From IMG/VR virus record IMGVR_UViG_3300025536_000010, positions 62,001 to 126,000 of that record: a stretch of DNA of 64,000 bases; one strand, written 5' to 3'. The notes beneath the pieces were generated by a model that worked only from the letters and a program-made list of their open reading frames with translations, ran no database searches and was not told the DNA's origin. Position 1 is the first letter of the stretch. Every line of letters begins with the position of its first letter. The position numbers were made by a program, and so were the translations under genes. Below are positions 18,726-28,338 of the stretch, in pieces.

Positions 18726-19715
18726 ATGAACAAGGAAGTTATTGCCCAGATCGGGCTCGCGGCCGGGCTTCTCCACAAGAACGCCGGGTTCGATCTGCGT
18801 TCGATGGCAAACCTGTTCGGCCGTGGGGCCAAGGCGGTCGGCCACCAGGCCACCGGCCTGAGCCGCACGGTGACGCCGCAAATCTCGCAGGTCGGCAACC
18901 GCACGGTCGGCACGCTCAAGCCGGGCTGGGGCTTCAACGCCGCCAAGCCCATCCAGACGGCCGCAGGTGTGGGCGCTGCCGGCGTCGGCGGGGCGATGGC
19001 GCACCAGAACCTCTCCGAAAGGGCCTTCTACGAGGGCAAGAGCGGCTTCAACCCCTACACCTGGGGCCAGGACGCTCCCAGCCACGAAGAGTTGTTCCAG
19101 CGCAACCAGAACCGTTTCAACGAGATGGCCCAGCCGCTGGTCGACCAGCAGGAAGCCGCGCGCGGCAAGAACGACATGGGCGAGTACAATCGCCTCCAGG
19201 AGCAACTCGAACGCGGCAACTTCGGTGGCACCTTCCGTTTCGGCTTCGGCCAGAGCAACGCCAGCCGTTTCATGGGCAACGCCCAGGGCGCGCAGAAAGC
19301 TCGCCAGGGCGAGTACAACAAGGAGATGGCCGCAGTCGGCCCCCAGGCCGGCGACGACCAACTGCTCCAGTCGTTGCGGCAGCGACTGTCTTCCGGTAAC
19401 CTGCTGCCGGTGCAGGCCGCGAGCCTCCAGAAGCAAATGGAACACGTCCAGAAGCGGATGTCGCAGACGCCGGGCACCGAGACGGCCGCCGCCACGGCCA
19501 TCGCCCAGAAGATGCGCGGCGCGGGTATGCGGCACACGCCCTACGAAGTACCAGGTGGTAGTCCGTCGCCGTTCCCGATGCCGGCCGCTGGGCATTGGCA
19601 GCTGGGCGGGCGGCCGATGAACCCAGGCTTCGTGCAAGGTTGGAACCTGAACCCGAACGACCACCGGCAGTCCCCCGACATCAACAGCGTCTGGGAGAAT
19701 GTCCTGGCGCGCTAA
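18726..19715 (+). CDS. Hypothetical Gly/Gln-rich virion-type protein
   Basis: AAGGAG SD; LHKNAG near the N-terminus. Confidence 0.72.
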   Translation: MNKEVIAQIGLAAGLLHKNAGFDLRSMANLFGRGAKAVGHQATGLSRTVTPQISQVGNRTVGTLKPGWGFNAAKPIQTAAGVGAAGVGGAMAHQNLSERAFYEGKSGFNPYTWGQDAPSHEELFQRNQNRFNEMAQPLVDQQEAARGKNDMGEYNRLQEQLERGNFGGTFRFGFGQSNASRFMGNAQGAQKARQGEYNKEMAAVGPQAGDDQLLQSLRQRLSSGNLLPVQAASLQKQMEHVQKRMSQTPGTETAAATAIAQKMRGAGMRHTPYEVPGGSPSPFPMPAAGHWQLGGRPMNPGFVQGWNLNPNDHRQSPDINSVWENVLAR

Positions 19716-19743
19716 GTCAAGGACGACAAAAGGGAAGGAACCC

Positions 19744-22383
19744 ATGCAGGCCACCCAAAAGCCGTTTTTTGAAAAGCGGGCCACGGCGTTCGGCACCTAT
19801 TATGTGTCGTCTCTGCCAAAACTGGCCATCGCGCAGTACCTCCGCGAACGGTCGCTGTGTCGCATCAAGGAGGCGTCGCTCGGCGGCGACCAGGAGCAGG
19901 GCTTCGAGCAAGCCTTCTCGTCGCTGGCGTATGCCTACTTGAAAGACAAAAGCCCCCGCTTGCTGGACTTCATTGTGGGCTTTCAGCTGGTCGACCGCAA
20001 CGAAGACAACACGAAGGCGATGGGCGTCTTCGGTTTCAAGGTCGGCGATCAGTGGCTGTACGCGCCCGTTTTCTTCCTCAACGGCGACTTGAAGGGCCAC
20101 GAACTCCTGTACATCAAGAAACAGGATGCTTTCGTGCCCATGAAGGAGAACTGGGTCAACTACCTGATCTCCCGCAAGCCGCACACCCTGGGCGAAGGCA
20201 GCGAGCAGAACACGTTCGAGTTGGGCGGCCTCATGCCCAACATCTCGAAGCTGTCGCGGCTGCCCGGCGGCAGCAAGTACGGCTCGGACGGCGCAGCCAC
20301 CATGCCGGTCCACATCGACGACTGGGCCAAGCCGGCCCTGCCGCTCCTTATGGCCCTGGCCACGAAGAAAGCCCGCGCGCTTTACCCGGACATGGTCAAA
20401 GACGCCACCGACCTGAATTTCAAGTCGTTGGTGGGCAGCCCGGTGCGCGCGGCTCTGGCACCGTTCGCCGAGAACTTCGACCTGAACAAAGCGCTGACGC
20501 ACCCGACGCTGCTCAAGGTCGCCCGGCAGCTGTACGACGCCTACCCGCTCATCAAGGCGGGCTTCGACCGCTTCTACGGAGCAGACTTCTTCCCCAAGAT
20601 GGAGAAGCTGGCCCGCGACACGGCGGACAGCCTGGTCACCAAGGCGGCCGGGTCGTTCGTTGTGCCGCCCAAGCCGTACAAGAAAAAGCGGAAGGCGTCG
20701 CCGTTTCTGATCGAAGACCCCGAGCCCAAAAAGGCGTGGGACAAGAACGCCGAGATCACCGTTATCGCCCTGGACGTCGACAACGACGTGCCCATCACGG
20801 TCAACAAGAAAGAGTTGACCGAGGAGGAGCGGGCGCGGCTGCTGCGCGACACCGTCCTCATCAAGGACGAACGCGACCCGCACGGCGACAAAACCAGCAT
20901 CGCCTACAACACCCAGGTCCGCATGGAACTGGTCAACCCGAGCGAAACCGGCATCTACGAGGTGCTGGAAAAGCCGGGCTCTTTCGACAAGATGCTTATC
21001 ATCGCGGCCCCACACTCCGGGCGCGGGCAAGAGGACCATTGCGTTCTGATCCGCAAGGGTTCTCCCAGGAACTGGATCAACGCACACCGCACGACATTGT
21101 GGGCGAAGCAAACGGACGCCCCGACGCGCAAGGAGTGGGACGATTGGTACGAGTCGCTCAGTGGCACCAGCAGCCTGGAAAAGGGCGGCGTCTATGTTGC
21201 CGTCAACAAGAGCGGCTCGGGCACCTGTCCGTTCCGCGTCCGCGAGAACTACGGCGACGGCGTCTACCGGGTGGAGTGGAAAGACTACTGCTCCTACAAC
21301 CACGGCCGTCCGTCCTCGCTGCCGAAAATCGACCGGCCGCACGACTGGGAGATTGGCTACAGCGGCTGGGACGCCAAGCTGTACATCAACAAGCGCAAGG
21401 GCTCGAAGCTGCGCGTGGTCAACGGCGAGATGACTGTCCCCGAGGACTTCAAAATCATCACGGTGGCCAAGCCGCCGCCACCGCCGAAAAAGGACAAGAG
21501 CCTGGTCGACATGTGCTGTTCGTCGGAGTCGAGCAGCCGCGCCGAGGGCAGCGACGAGCGGCCGATCCAGCCAGGCAACCTGGCTGACGTCCAGATCATG
21601 CTCCAGAAGAACGCCCACGTCGTCAAGCTACACGACACCGGGGCCAGCGAGGTCTGGCTCAAGAGCCGGCGCGGCGACGAGCGTATGTCGAAGAAGGCAG
21701 CGCTCATCAGCCTGGTCCGCGATCACGGTACGAGCGAACACCAGGCCCGCGAGATGCTCAAGCAAGCCACCGTGGCGGCTGTCCACGGGCGGCCGGCGAC
21801 TTTCTACGTCAAGTACGCCCAGGGCTTCGGGCTCCAACCGGGGCCGAACGCCCCGCCGTTCCCTGAGCCCGAAATGGGCATGGAGCAGCACGGCTACAAC
21901 TCCACGCAGGCCATCTACCCGCAGGAGGAGTACCAGCCGGTCGACGAGATGTCGAGTCAGCTGACGGACCAGTCGATCTACGACCCCTTCTACACGCCGG
22001 ACCAGCAGGCGATGCAGGTCGCCCAGCAGGCATCGTCCAGCGGCCAGAAGGAGGTCTTCGACACGGCGATGATCTCGGGCATGCTCAAAGCCGTGCGCCA
22101 GGATAGCCTGGTGGATCGCTACTTGGGCGACCTGATGAAGGCCCTCGATAAGCTGGGCCGCATCCTGTTCATGTTCTACTGGCACTCGGAAGAGTTCGAG
22201 GATCGCTACGGCAAGCAAGACTTGCCCGAACTGGAAGACTCGCTGCGGAACGCCTTCGAGGTGTTGGGCGATGTCTGCCTCTTCCTCCAGGAGAAAACCG
22301 TTAAGGGCGCGACCGGCATGATGTCCGGCGTCGGCAACCCTGGCAAGGGCGAGCCCAGCGTGGAAGAGGCCGCCCGCAACTAA
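19744..22383 (+). CDS. Large hypothetical head-module protein (879 aa)
   Basis: ATG 19744 after GGAAGG; multiple K-x-A motifs (EKRA, IKEA, TKAA, QKNA, VKYA). Confidence 0.8.
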   Translation: MQATQKPFFEKRATAFGTYYVSSLPKLAIAQYLRERSLCRIKEASLGGDQEQGFEQAFSSLAYAYLKDKSPRLLDFIVGFQLVDRNEDNTKAMGVFGFKVGDQWLYAPVFFLNGDLKGHELLYIKKQDAFVPMKENWVNYLISRKPHTLGEGSEQNTFELGGLMPNISKLSRLPGGSKYGSDGAATMPVHIDDWAKPALPLLMALATKKARALYPDMVKDATDLNFKSLVGSPVRAALAPFAENFDLNKALTHPTLLKVARQLYDAYPLIKAGFDRFYGADFFPKMEKLARDTADSLVTKAAGSFVVPPKPYKKKRKASPFLIEDPEPKKAWDKNAEITVIALDVDNDVPITVNKKELTEEERARLLRDTVLIKDERDPHGDKTSIAYNTQVRMELVNPSETGIYEVLEKPGSFDKMLIIAAPHSGRGQEDHCVLIRKGSPRNWINAHRTTLWAKQTDAPTRKEWDDWYESLSGTSSLEKGGVYVAVNKSGSGTCPFRVRENYGDGVYRVEWKDYCSYNHGRPSSLPKIDRPHDWEIGYSGWDAKLYINKRKGSKLRVVNGEMTVPEDFKIITVAKPPPPPKKDKSLVDMCCSSESSSRAEGSDERPIQPGNLADVQIMLQKNAHVVKLHDTGASEVWLKSRRGDERMSKKAALISLVRDHGTSEHQAREMLKQATVAAVHGRPATFYVKYAQGFGLQPGPNAPPFPEPEMGMEQHGYNSTQAIYPQEEYQPVDEMSSQLTDQSIYDPFYTPDQQAMQVAQQASSSGQKEVFDTAMISGMLKAVRQDSLVDRYLGDLMKALDKLGRILFMFYWHSEEFEDRYGKQDLPELEDSLRNAFEVLGDVCLFLQEKTVKGATGMMSGVGNPGKGEPSVEEAARN

Positions 22384-22392
22384 GGAGAAGTC

Positions 22393-22845
22393 ATGCTTCC
22401 GTACACGATGCAGCCGCAGGTGATCGAGGCCACGGGCGGCCAGTCGCAGTGCTTCGAGTTCGACTTCCCGAGCCGGGTGTTTATCCGCACGATCATCATC
22501 CAGCAGATCTCGGGGGTCTTCGAGAATTTCACGGCTGCCCTTTTCAATCACGAGGGCACCTGCGAAGGACTGTCGGAATCGGACAGCGAAGGTCCGGTAA
22601 CCGGCGGCATACCGCCCGACAACTACCGGGTGACCCCGGACCTGGTCGGCACGACCGGCAGCTATCAGTTCTTCTCCGAGAGCCTCAACGGCGGCAACGG
22701 CTACGACTTTTTCAACCTGGACGGCGCCAATCAGCGCGGCAGCCGCCTGGGCAACGCTCGCAAACTCTATCTGCGGCTGACGCCTTCCGGCAGTGGCCCC
22801 AAGCGCTACGCCGTAACCATCGGCGGTTGCACGGCGATGATCTGA
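22393..22845 (+). CDS. Hypothetical beta-rich protein
   Basis: TAAGGAG SD, 150 aa. Confidence 0.75.
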   Translation: MLPYTMQPQVIEATGGQSQCFEFDFPSRVFIRTIIIQQISGVFENFTAALFNHEGTCEGLSESDSEGPVTGGIPPDNYRVTPDLVGTTGSYQFFSESLNGGNGYDFFNLDGANQRGSRLGNARKLYLRLTPSGSGPKRYAVTIGGCTAMI

Positions 22846-22868
22846 CCCTAAAAAGTGGATTTTGAAAC

Positions 22869-23924
22869 ATGACCATGAAGCTGAACAGCGTCTTCCAGCG
22901 TTATAACTTTTACCGCAAGCCGGAGTGGCGCTGGGACCGCGTGCTGACGATGGTGGACCGCAACGACTCGCCGGGCCGCTGCACCAAGCACGACGACGAG
23001 TTCGTCCGTGAGGCGCGCAAGTTCACCCTGCTGCACCGGGGGGCCGAGGACAATGAGGCCCGTGAGAAGCTGTTCTGGGACAACCCCGGCCTCTACTACG
23101 CCTACGATTTCTACATGAAGCGGGAGAACCCCGCCGAGTGCGAAGGCGCGATGTTCATTGAGGCCCGGCTGCTGGCGCGGCAGAACTACGAGCAGATTGC
23201 CGCGGCCATGACGACGCACCCCGAAGCGGTGCGCTGGTACGAGGCCCTGTTCTTCAACGTGATGCCTTACCTGAACGCACGGGACTGGATCACCAAGCAC
23301 GTTCTGATGCCGGCGTTCGACAAGCATCACAACAACGTCATGGCGCCCGACGACGGTGTGGCCCTGCCGTTCCGCGACAGTACGGTCGCCTACCCGTTCA
23401 AGGACGGCTCGCTCAAGCTGTTCGCGTACTTCGGCGGCCCGTTCATCGTTGACTTCATGATCCAGGGCCTCCAGGCCGGCAAGCCGCTGACCAGCGGCGA
23501 AGATCTGGCATCCTGGCTCGACAAAACCTGGTCCAACACGGTGCGGCGGCGCTCGGCACAGGCGGCCATGCAGTTCGAGATCAACAAGTACAACGTGACC
23601 GAACTCATGGCCATCCACAGCCGTATCATCGAACTGGATAACTCGGAAGAGGCCCAGGACAAACAGAAGACGGCCACAGACCGGCACATCCAGGCGCTTA
23701 TCGACGAGATCCCCTGGGCGGTCGGCGACGAGGGCAAGAAGACGTACGGGAAGACCATCGTCGGCCGGTTCGACGAAATGGCGGCTGAACTCCGCGACGA
23801 CGAGTTGCTCCAGCTGGCCGCGGGCCAGGCGGTGCCCCGGCTCGCCAAGGACTTCCCCGAGCGGCTGCCGCCGCCGCGGAAAAAGATCCAGGAGGTCGGG
23901 GACAGCAAAGAGTTGTTGCAGTAA
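22869..23924 (+). CDS. Hypothetical protein
   Basis: 351-aa ORF with strong codon bias. Confidence 0.8.
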   Translation: MTMKLNSVFQRYNFYRKPEWRWDRVLTMVDRNDSPGRCTKHDDEFVREARKFTLLHRGAEDNEAREKLFWDNPGLYYAYDFYMKRENPAECEGAMFIEARLLARQNYEQIAAAMTTHPEAVRWYEALFFNVMPYLNARDWITKHVLMPAFDKHHNNVMAPDDGVALPFRDSTVAYPFKDGSLKLFAYFGGPFIVDFMIQGLQAGKPLTSGEDLASWLDKTWSNTVRRRSAQAAMQFEINKYNVTELMAIHSRIIELDNSEEAQDKQKTATDRHIQALIDEIPWAVGDEGKKTYGKTIVGRFDEMAAELRDDELLQLAAGQAVPRLAKDFPERLPPPRKKIQEVGDSKELLQ

Positions 23925-23966
23925 GCGCGGCTGCGGTAGACTAAGGGAGAGGTTAAGGAGGACCAA

Positions 23967-25346
23967 ATGATGGCCAACACCATCGACAGCACGGAGGAGC
24001 GTCAACTCCTGGAAGCTGTCAAGAAAGCGGTCGACTACGTCGACGGCGCGGGCCTCAGTCCCGATGCGGCCATCGAGAAGGTGGCGCGGGCGGAGCAGTT
24101 CGGCCCCGGCAAGATCAAGCTGATCGCCTACGCCTACAACACCGGCCGGCAAACCGGCCAGTGGGACACCGGCGGCAACGTCCTCGACAAGCTCGCCAGC
24201 TACCCGCTGGCGGACCCGGACAAGATCGTACAAAGCCTCTACAACAGCGCGTCGCCAGCTGAGAAGCAGGCGGCAGCGCGGTTGCCGGAGGAGTACGCCT
24301 TCCCGCCTGGCTGGCTGGAGATGCAGCAGCGCGAGAAGGTCGCCCGCGCGCCACTGCCGATGGAGATGCCGAAGCCGACTGAGTTGCAGCGCGATCCGGT
24401 CGAGGCGTTCCACCGCGCAACCGGCAACATCAAACGGGCGAAGCACGCCGTCGATCAGCTGAACCGCGAAGCTAGCAGCGCCGAGGACGCGGTGCGGCGC
24501 AACGTTTTCCAGCTGGTCAGCTATTTCCGCAAGGCAGCCCACGACCGCATGCCGTTCGAGCATGTTGAGTGCGTGGCGCGAACGTACTTCGGCCCAGCTG
24601 CGCAGCCGCTCATGGACGTGGTCTACGGTCAGGCCAGGCTACGCGAGAAGCGGGCCGGAGCGCTGCCGCCGATTCTCACCAACGCCATCAACCAGCGGGC
24701 CGAACCGTTCTCGATCATCCGCGACTGCGTCAAAGCAGCCGAGAACTGCAACCTGGCCAAGCAGCAGGCCAAACTGGGTACGGAGAAGCTGGCCTCTTTC
24801 GAGAAGGAGCAGTTGCTCCCTTTCTCGGCGGCCGGGGGGTCGAAGCCGCAAGGTCTGGCGTCGTCTGCTCGCATCCAAATCGCAGGTCTGGATTGTGAGA
24901 AGGCCGCCAGCATCCTGGGCTCCCCGGCACTTGGCGCGGCAGTGGGCACCATGCTCGGTCGGACCATCGGCACGGTCGGTAAGAGCAAAGACGATCTGGT
25001 CGAAGACGCCTGGATGAACCTGGAAGATCCGAACCACGCCAACGAGATCCGCAAGATCCGCGCCCACACGATGCTCAACGAGCTAATGACGGACCCGGAC
25101 GACCCGATCTCGGGCTACGAGCCCGACCGGGTGCTCAAGGCGTACAACGAGATCTCCCAGGTCACCCCGCGCGTCGCCGAGAACGCCGCTACGCTCCGTC
25201 CGGCACTGCGGCGGTCGCTGGAAGGCCACACGCAACCGTTCGAGTCCAAGGAACTGACGGACATCGAGAAGGGACTGGCGGCGACGCGCATGAGCACGCC
25301 GAACACCAGTATCCTCAATAACTCCCCGGACTCGCTCTTGGGGTAG
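23967..25346 (+). CDS. Hypothetical K-x-A motif head-module protein
   Basis: TAAGGAGG SD; EKQA, EKVA, RKAA, EKRA, EKAA. Confidence 0.8.
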   Translation: MMANTIDSTEERQLLEAVKKAVDYVDGAGLSPDAAIEKVARAEQFGPGKIKLIAYAYNTGRQTGQWDTGGNVLDKLASYPLADPDKIVQSLYNSASPAEKQAAARLPEEYAFPPGWLEMQQREKVARAPLPMEMPKPTELQRDPVEAFHRATGNIKRAKHAVDQLNREASSAEDAVRRNVFQLVSYFRKAAHDRMPFEHVECVARTYFGPAAQPLMDVVYGQARLREKRAGALPPILTNAINQRAEPFSIIRDCVKAAENCNLAKQQAKLGTEKLASFEKEQLLPFSAAGGSKPQGLASSARIQIAGLDCEKAASILGSPALGAAVGTMLGRTIGTVGKSKDDLVEDAWMNLEDPNHANEIRKIRAHTMLNELMTDPDDPISGYEPDRVLKAYNEISQVTPRVAENAATLRPALRRSLEGHTQPFESKELTDIEKGLAATRMSTPNTSILNNSPDSLLG

Positions 25347-25355
25347 GAGGCACGG

Positions 25356-26744
25356 ATGCTGCTCGACGGAACGCTGCAAGACGCGGTGGAGGCCCTGGCC
25401 AAGCGGGCTGCGGACCTGCGTACGCGCCCTGTCACGGTAGCGGAGCGAGAAAAGGTCGCTGCGGCAGACTTCCTGGCGGGTCTGGGCGACTGGGTCAAAA
25501 GCAACCCACTCCAGGCTGGTTCGCTGCTCGGTGGCGTGGCCGGCGCCGGCCTGGGCGGTGCCAGCACGGCCTTCGGCAACCGCGGCAAGCCGGAGGAACA
25601 AAAACGAAGCGTCCTCAGTTCGATGCTGACTGGCGGCCTGGCGGGCACGGCCCTGGGTGGCGGTGGTGCCCTGGCGTACAAAGGCTACCAGGGTATGCAG
25701 ACCGGGCAGCAAGGCTTCCAGCCGGGTGACGACCTGCGCCCGGGAGAGTTTGCCAGGGACGGGCAGAAGTTCAAGATCGACCCCAAGGTGCTGCGACAAA
25801 ACCCCGGTTTGCACTCCGAGGTTCGCAAGCTGACGGCGCAAGCAAACCCGCTCGATACGGGGTTGAAAAGCGTCCTCGGCGCCGGCAAGGCGCTGCTGGA
25901 CCGCCAGATCGCACCAGACCAGGGCTTCGGCAACCCCGATGGTAACTTCCTGGATAAGTACCTACCCGCCACCAGTACCTGGCTGCCGCGCCTGGGTTTG
26001 GCCGATGCTGCGCTGCACAGCCAGAAGCTGCGCCTGGGTGAGCGTATGGGTATGGGTTTCGTACGCCCGGAACGATCCACGGACATCAACCACCTGCTGG
26101 AGGGTATCAAGGGCAAGGACAGTGGCATCCCGGAGGCGATCCAAAAGGCGATGCACCAGCAGAACCAACCAGGCGGACCCGGTGGCACACTCATGGGCAT
26201 GCCGGCGAGCCCGACTCCGGGCGACGTGCATGTGCCGTTCTCCGGGCCGAACGACAAGCGTACCGTGGCCAACATCCTTACCGAAGGTAACCGCGGCGCG
26301 GGCTCCTGGAAGGACTGGTTCAAAGACCGCCTCAAGAAGCCAGGTTGGGCCAAAGGGCAAGGGCATGAGAGCGTCCTCGACGTCAAACATCAGCCGATGA
26401 AAGACGTCGTCGAGGAAACGAAAGGCCCCACCGGGTCGTACAAGCAGACGCTCAAGCAGCCAGACGGACCACCTGTGGTGGAGTCCCTTTCGCGGCAGCA
26501 ACTAGAACAGGCTAAGCTGCGAGGCTTCCGCGAACTGAACAAGGACTCGCCGCGCAGCGGGCTCTACAAAGGCATCCTCGGGCAGCGCAACCTCGGTTCG
26601 CCGATGGCGCGCATCGGCGGGCGCATAGCCGGTTACGGTCTGGCGCCGCTCGCTGAGTATGCCGTCCGCTCGCACCTGGAAGACATGAACAAGCAAGACC
26701 GGCTGCGGCAGCTGATGGCTGCCCACGCCCAGCGCACCGAGTAA
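25356..26744 (+). CDS. Hypothetical K-x-A / glycine-zipper protein
   Basis: AKRA, EKVA then LLGGVAGAGLGG and GGLAGTALGGGG. Confidence 0.78.
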   Translation: MLLDGTLQDAVEALAKRAADLRTRPVTVAEREKVAAADFLAGLGDWVKSNPLQAGSLLGGVAGAGLGGASTAFGNRGKPEEQKRSVLSSMLTGGLAGTALGGGGALAYKGYQGMQTGQQGFQPGDDLRPGEFARDGQKFKIDPKVLRQNPGLHSEVRKLTAQANPLDTGLKSVLGAGKALLDRQIAPDQGFGNPDGNFLDKYLPATSTWLPRLGLADAALHSQKLRLGERMGMGFVRPERSTDINHLLEGIKGKDSGIPEAIQKAMHQQNQPGGPGGTLMGMPASPTPGDVHVPFSGPNDKRTVANILTEGNRGAGSWKDWFKDRLKKPGWAKGQGHESVLDVKHQPMKDVVEETKGPTGSYKQTLKQPDGPPVVESLSRQQLEQAKLRGFRELNKDSPRSGLYKGILGQRNLGSPMARIGGRIAGYGLAPLAEYAVRSHLEDMNKQDRLRQLMAAHAQRTE

Positions 26745-26758
26745 GGAGACTCGCAATC

Positions 26759-28282
26759 ATGGCAATGGTGAAAATCGTGAGCCCGTGCGGCTGGGACTTC
26801 GACGGCCCAGTCGTGTCGCTCGTGAAAGTGGCGTCGCGTGGCCTCCGCGGCCACGACCGCGACCTGTTCATCAAGCGCGCCTACGGGTCTGCCAACGTCT
26901 TCCTGCCCTACCTGGACTCGGTGAAATTCGCAGCCGACGAGGAGCCGGTTCACCTGATCGCCCTGGGTGCCAGCGAAGCCTACGGGGCCAACCGCAACGG
27001 CGACGGCTTCAAAGAAGCGACCTGCAAGGCGTGCCACGATACGTTCGTGAAGTTTGCCAGGTTCTACCGCAACCACAAGAACAAAGACACGGCCATCTCC
27101 TACGGCCACGTCAAACTGTCGGCGTACAACCCAGTGATGCGCCGCGTCGAACTGCTGGTAGCCCTCAACAAGGAAAAGTCGGCGGTCGACCGCAACGGCG
27201 GTTTCGTGGCGGACAAGGAACTGGAGAAGCTCGCCAAGGGCCAGGACATTCCCGTCAGCATGGCCTGTCGCGTGCCCTACGACATCTGCTCGGAGTGTGG
27301 CAACAAGGCGCGCACCCGCGACGAATACTGCAAAGCGGCTTCCTGCCCAGGCGGTGGCTGCTCCGAAAACCTGACGAAGCTCGTCAAGAAGGGCAGCGAC
27401 GTACGCCACGTCCACGTCGACAATCCGACACCGCATTGGTTCGACATCAGCGCCGTGTTCCGTCCGGCCGACCGCATCGCCTACGGCAGCAGGGCCGACT
27501 GGCTCCAGAAGGCTGCGGCGGACGCCTGGGACGGCAGCTACGGTACGGACGGTGCGAAAATGGCGACCGACCTCCAGGTCATGGCCCCGCTGGCTGTCGT
27601 GCTGGCGATGGACACCATGCTCCCGGGCGAGTGGACGCCGTACCTGGGCGATCAGGTGAAGATCGCGCACGGCCTGGACCTGATGGAACAGCGGGAGCAC
27701 CTGCACGTCCACGACGAGGTCAAGCGGGCCTTTGCCGCTGACATGCAGCCGGACGTCGACCTGGTCGCCCTCGACCTTATCTCCGACAACCAGCAGAAGG
27801 TGGCCGCTGCCCTGGGGGCGCTGGCCGACCAGAAGATCGTCCTCTCGCTCCGCGATTTCGCCCGCATGACCAAGCGTGCGGATTTCACCGACGACGCCGG
27901 CAGCTGCCTCAAGGGCGTCTACGGACGTATGATTGCGGACGGCAGCCTGGAGAAACGTCTCGCCCAGAACAAGTACGCCCCTGCGGAGAAGCTGGCCAGC
28001 GTGAAACAGCGGCAGCTGGCCGCGACGATGCGGCAGACCTACGCCCTGGAAAAGCACGCCGTCGATCACCGCTGTCAGGTGTCAGCACTGCGGCAGCATC
28101 GGCTGCCGGAGTCCAAATCCACTTTTTGGAACGAGAAGAAAGCCCACGACAACACCACGGCTGAGGAACTCGCCAGGGACTACGCAATCTACAAGGTCGC
28201 TGCCCTGCGGCGTATCTCCCAGTTTGACGACGAGTTCCTCTTGACCGCACGCCTCAGCGCGTGCCAGAATCAGGTGGTCTAG
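26759..28282 (+). CDS. Putative prohead (capsid maturation) protease
   Basis: YRNH...VELL...VSMACRVPYDICSECGN (candidate His/Ser plus CxxC); lies directly upstream of the scaffold-like and capsid genes. Confidence 0.6.
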   Translation: MAMVKIVSPCGWDFDGPVVSLVKVASRGLRGHDRDLFIKRAYGSANVFLPYLDSVKFAADEEPVHLIALGASEAYGANRNGDGFKEATCKACHDTFVKFARFYRNHKNKDTAISYGHVKLSAYNPVMRRVELLVALNKEKSAVDRNGGFVADKELEKLAKGQDIPVSMACRVPYDICSECGNKARTRDEYCKAASCPGGGCSENLTKLVKKGSDVRHVHVDNPTPHWFDISAVFRPADRIAYGSRADWLQKAAADAWDGSYGTDGAKMATDLQVMAPLAVVLAMDTMLPGEWTPYLGDQVKIAHGLDLMEQREHLHVHDEVKRAFAADMQPDVDLVALDLISDNQQKVAAALGALADQKIVLSLRDFARMTKRADFTDDAGSCLKGVYGRMIADGSLEKRLAQNKYAPAEKLASVKQRQLAATMRQTYALEKHAVDHRCQVSALRQHRLPESKSTFWNEKKAHDNTTAEELARDYAIYKVAALRRISQFDDEFLLTARLSACQNQVV

Positions 28283-28338
28283 CGGTTTGACCGCCACGCA
28301 GGGAGCAACAGACCAAGAAAGCAAAGGAGTGCTGTTAG

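Noticed and set aside
19744-22383. Portal or terminase assignment for the large head-module ORFs
   Set aside because: No Walker A/B, RNase H-like or portal motifs recognised; left as hypothetical
19717-24563. Long minus-strand ORFs (e.g. 19717-21618, 22848-24563; likewise 34199-36307 and 44122-46131)
   Set aside because: They are antisense shadows of strongly biased high-GC + strand genes, with no motifs or RBS and complete overlap with better ORFs
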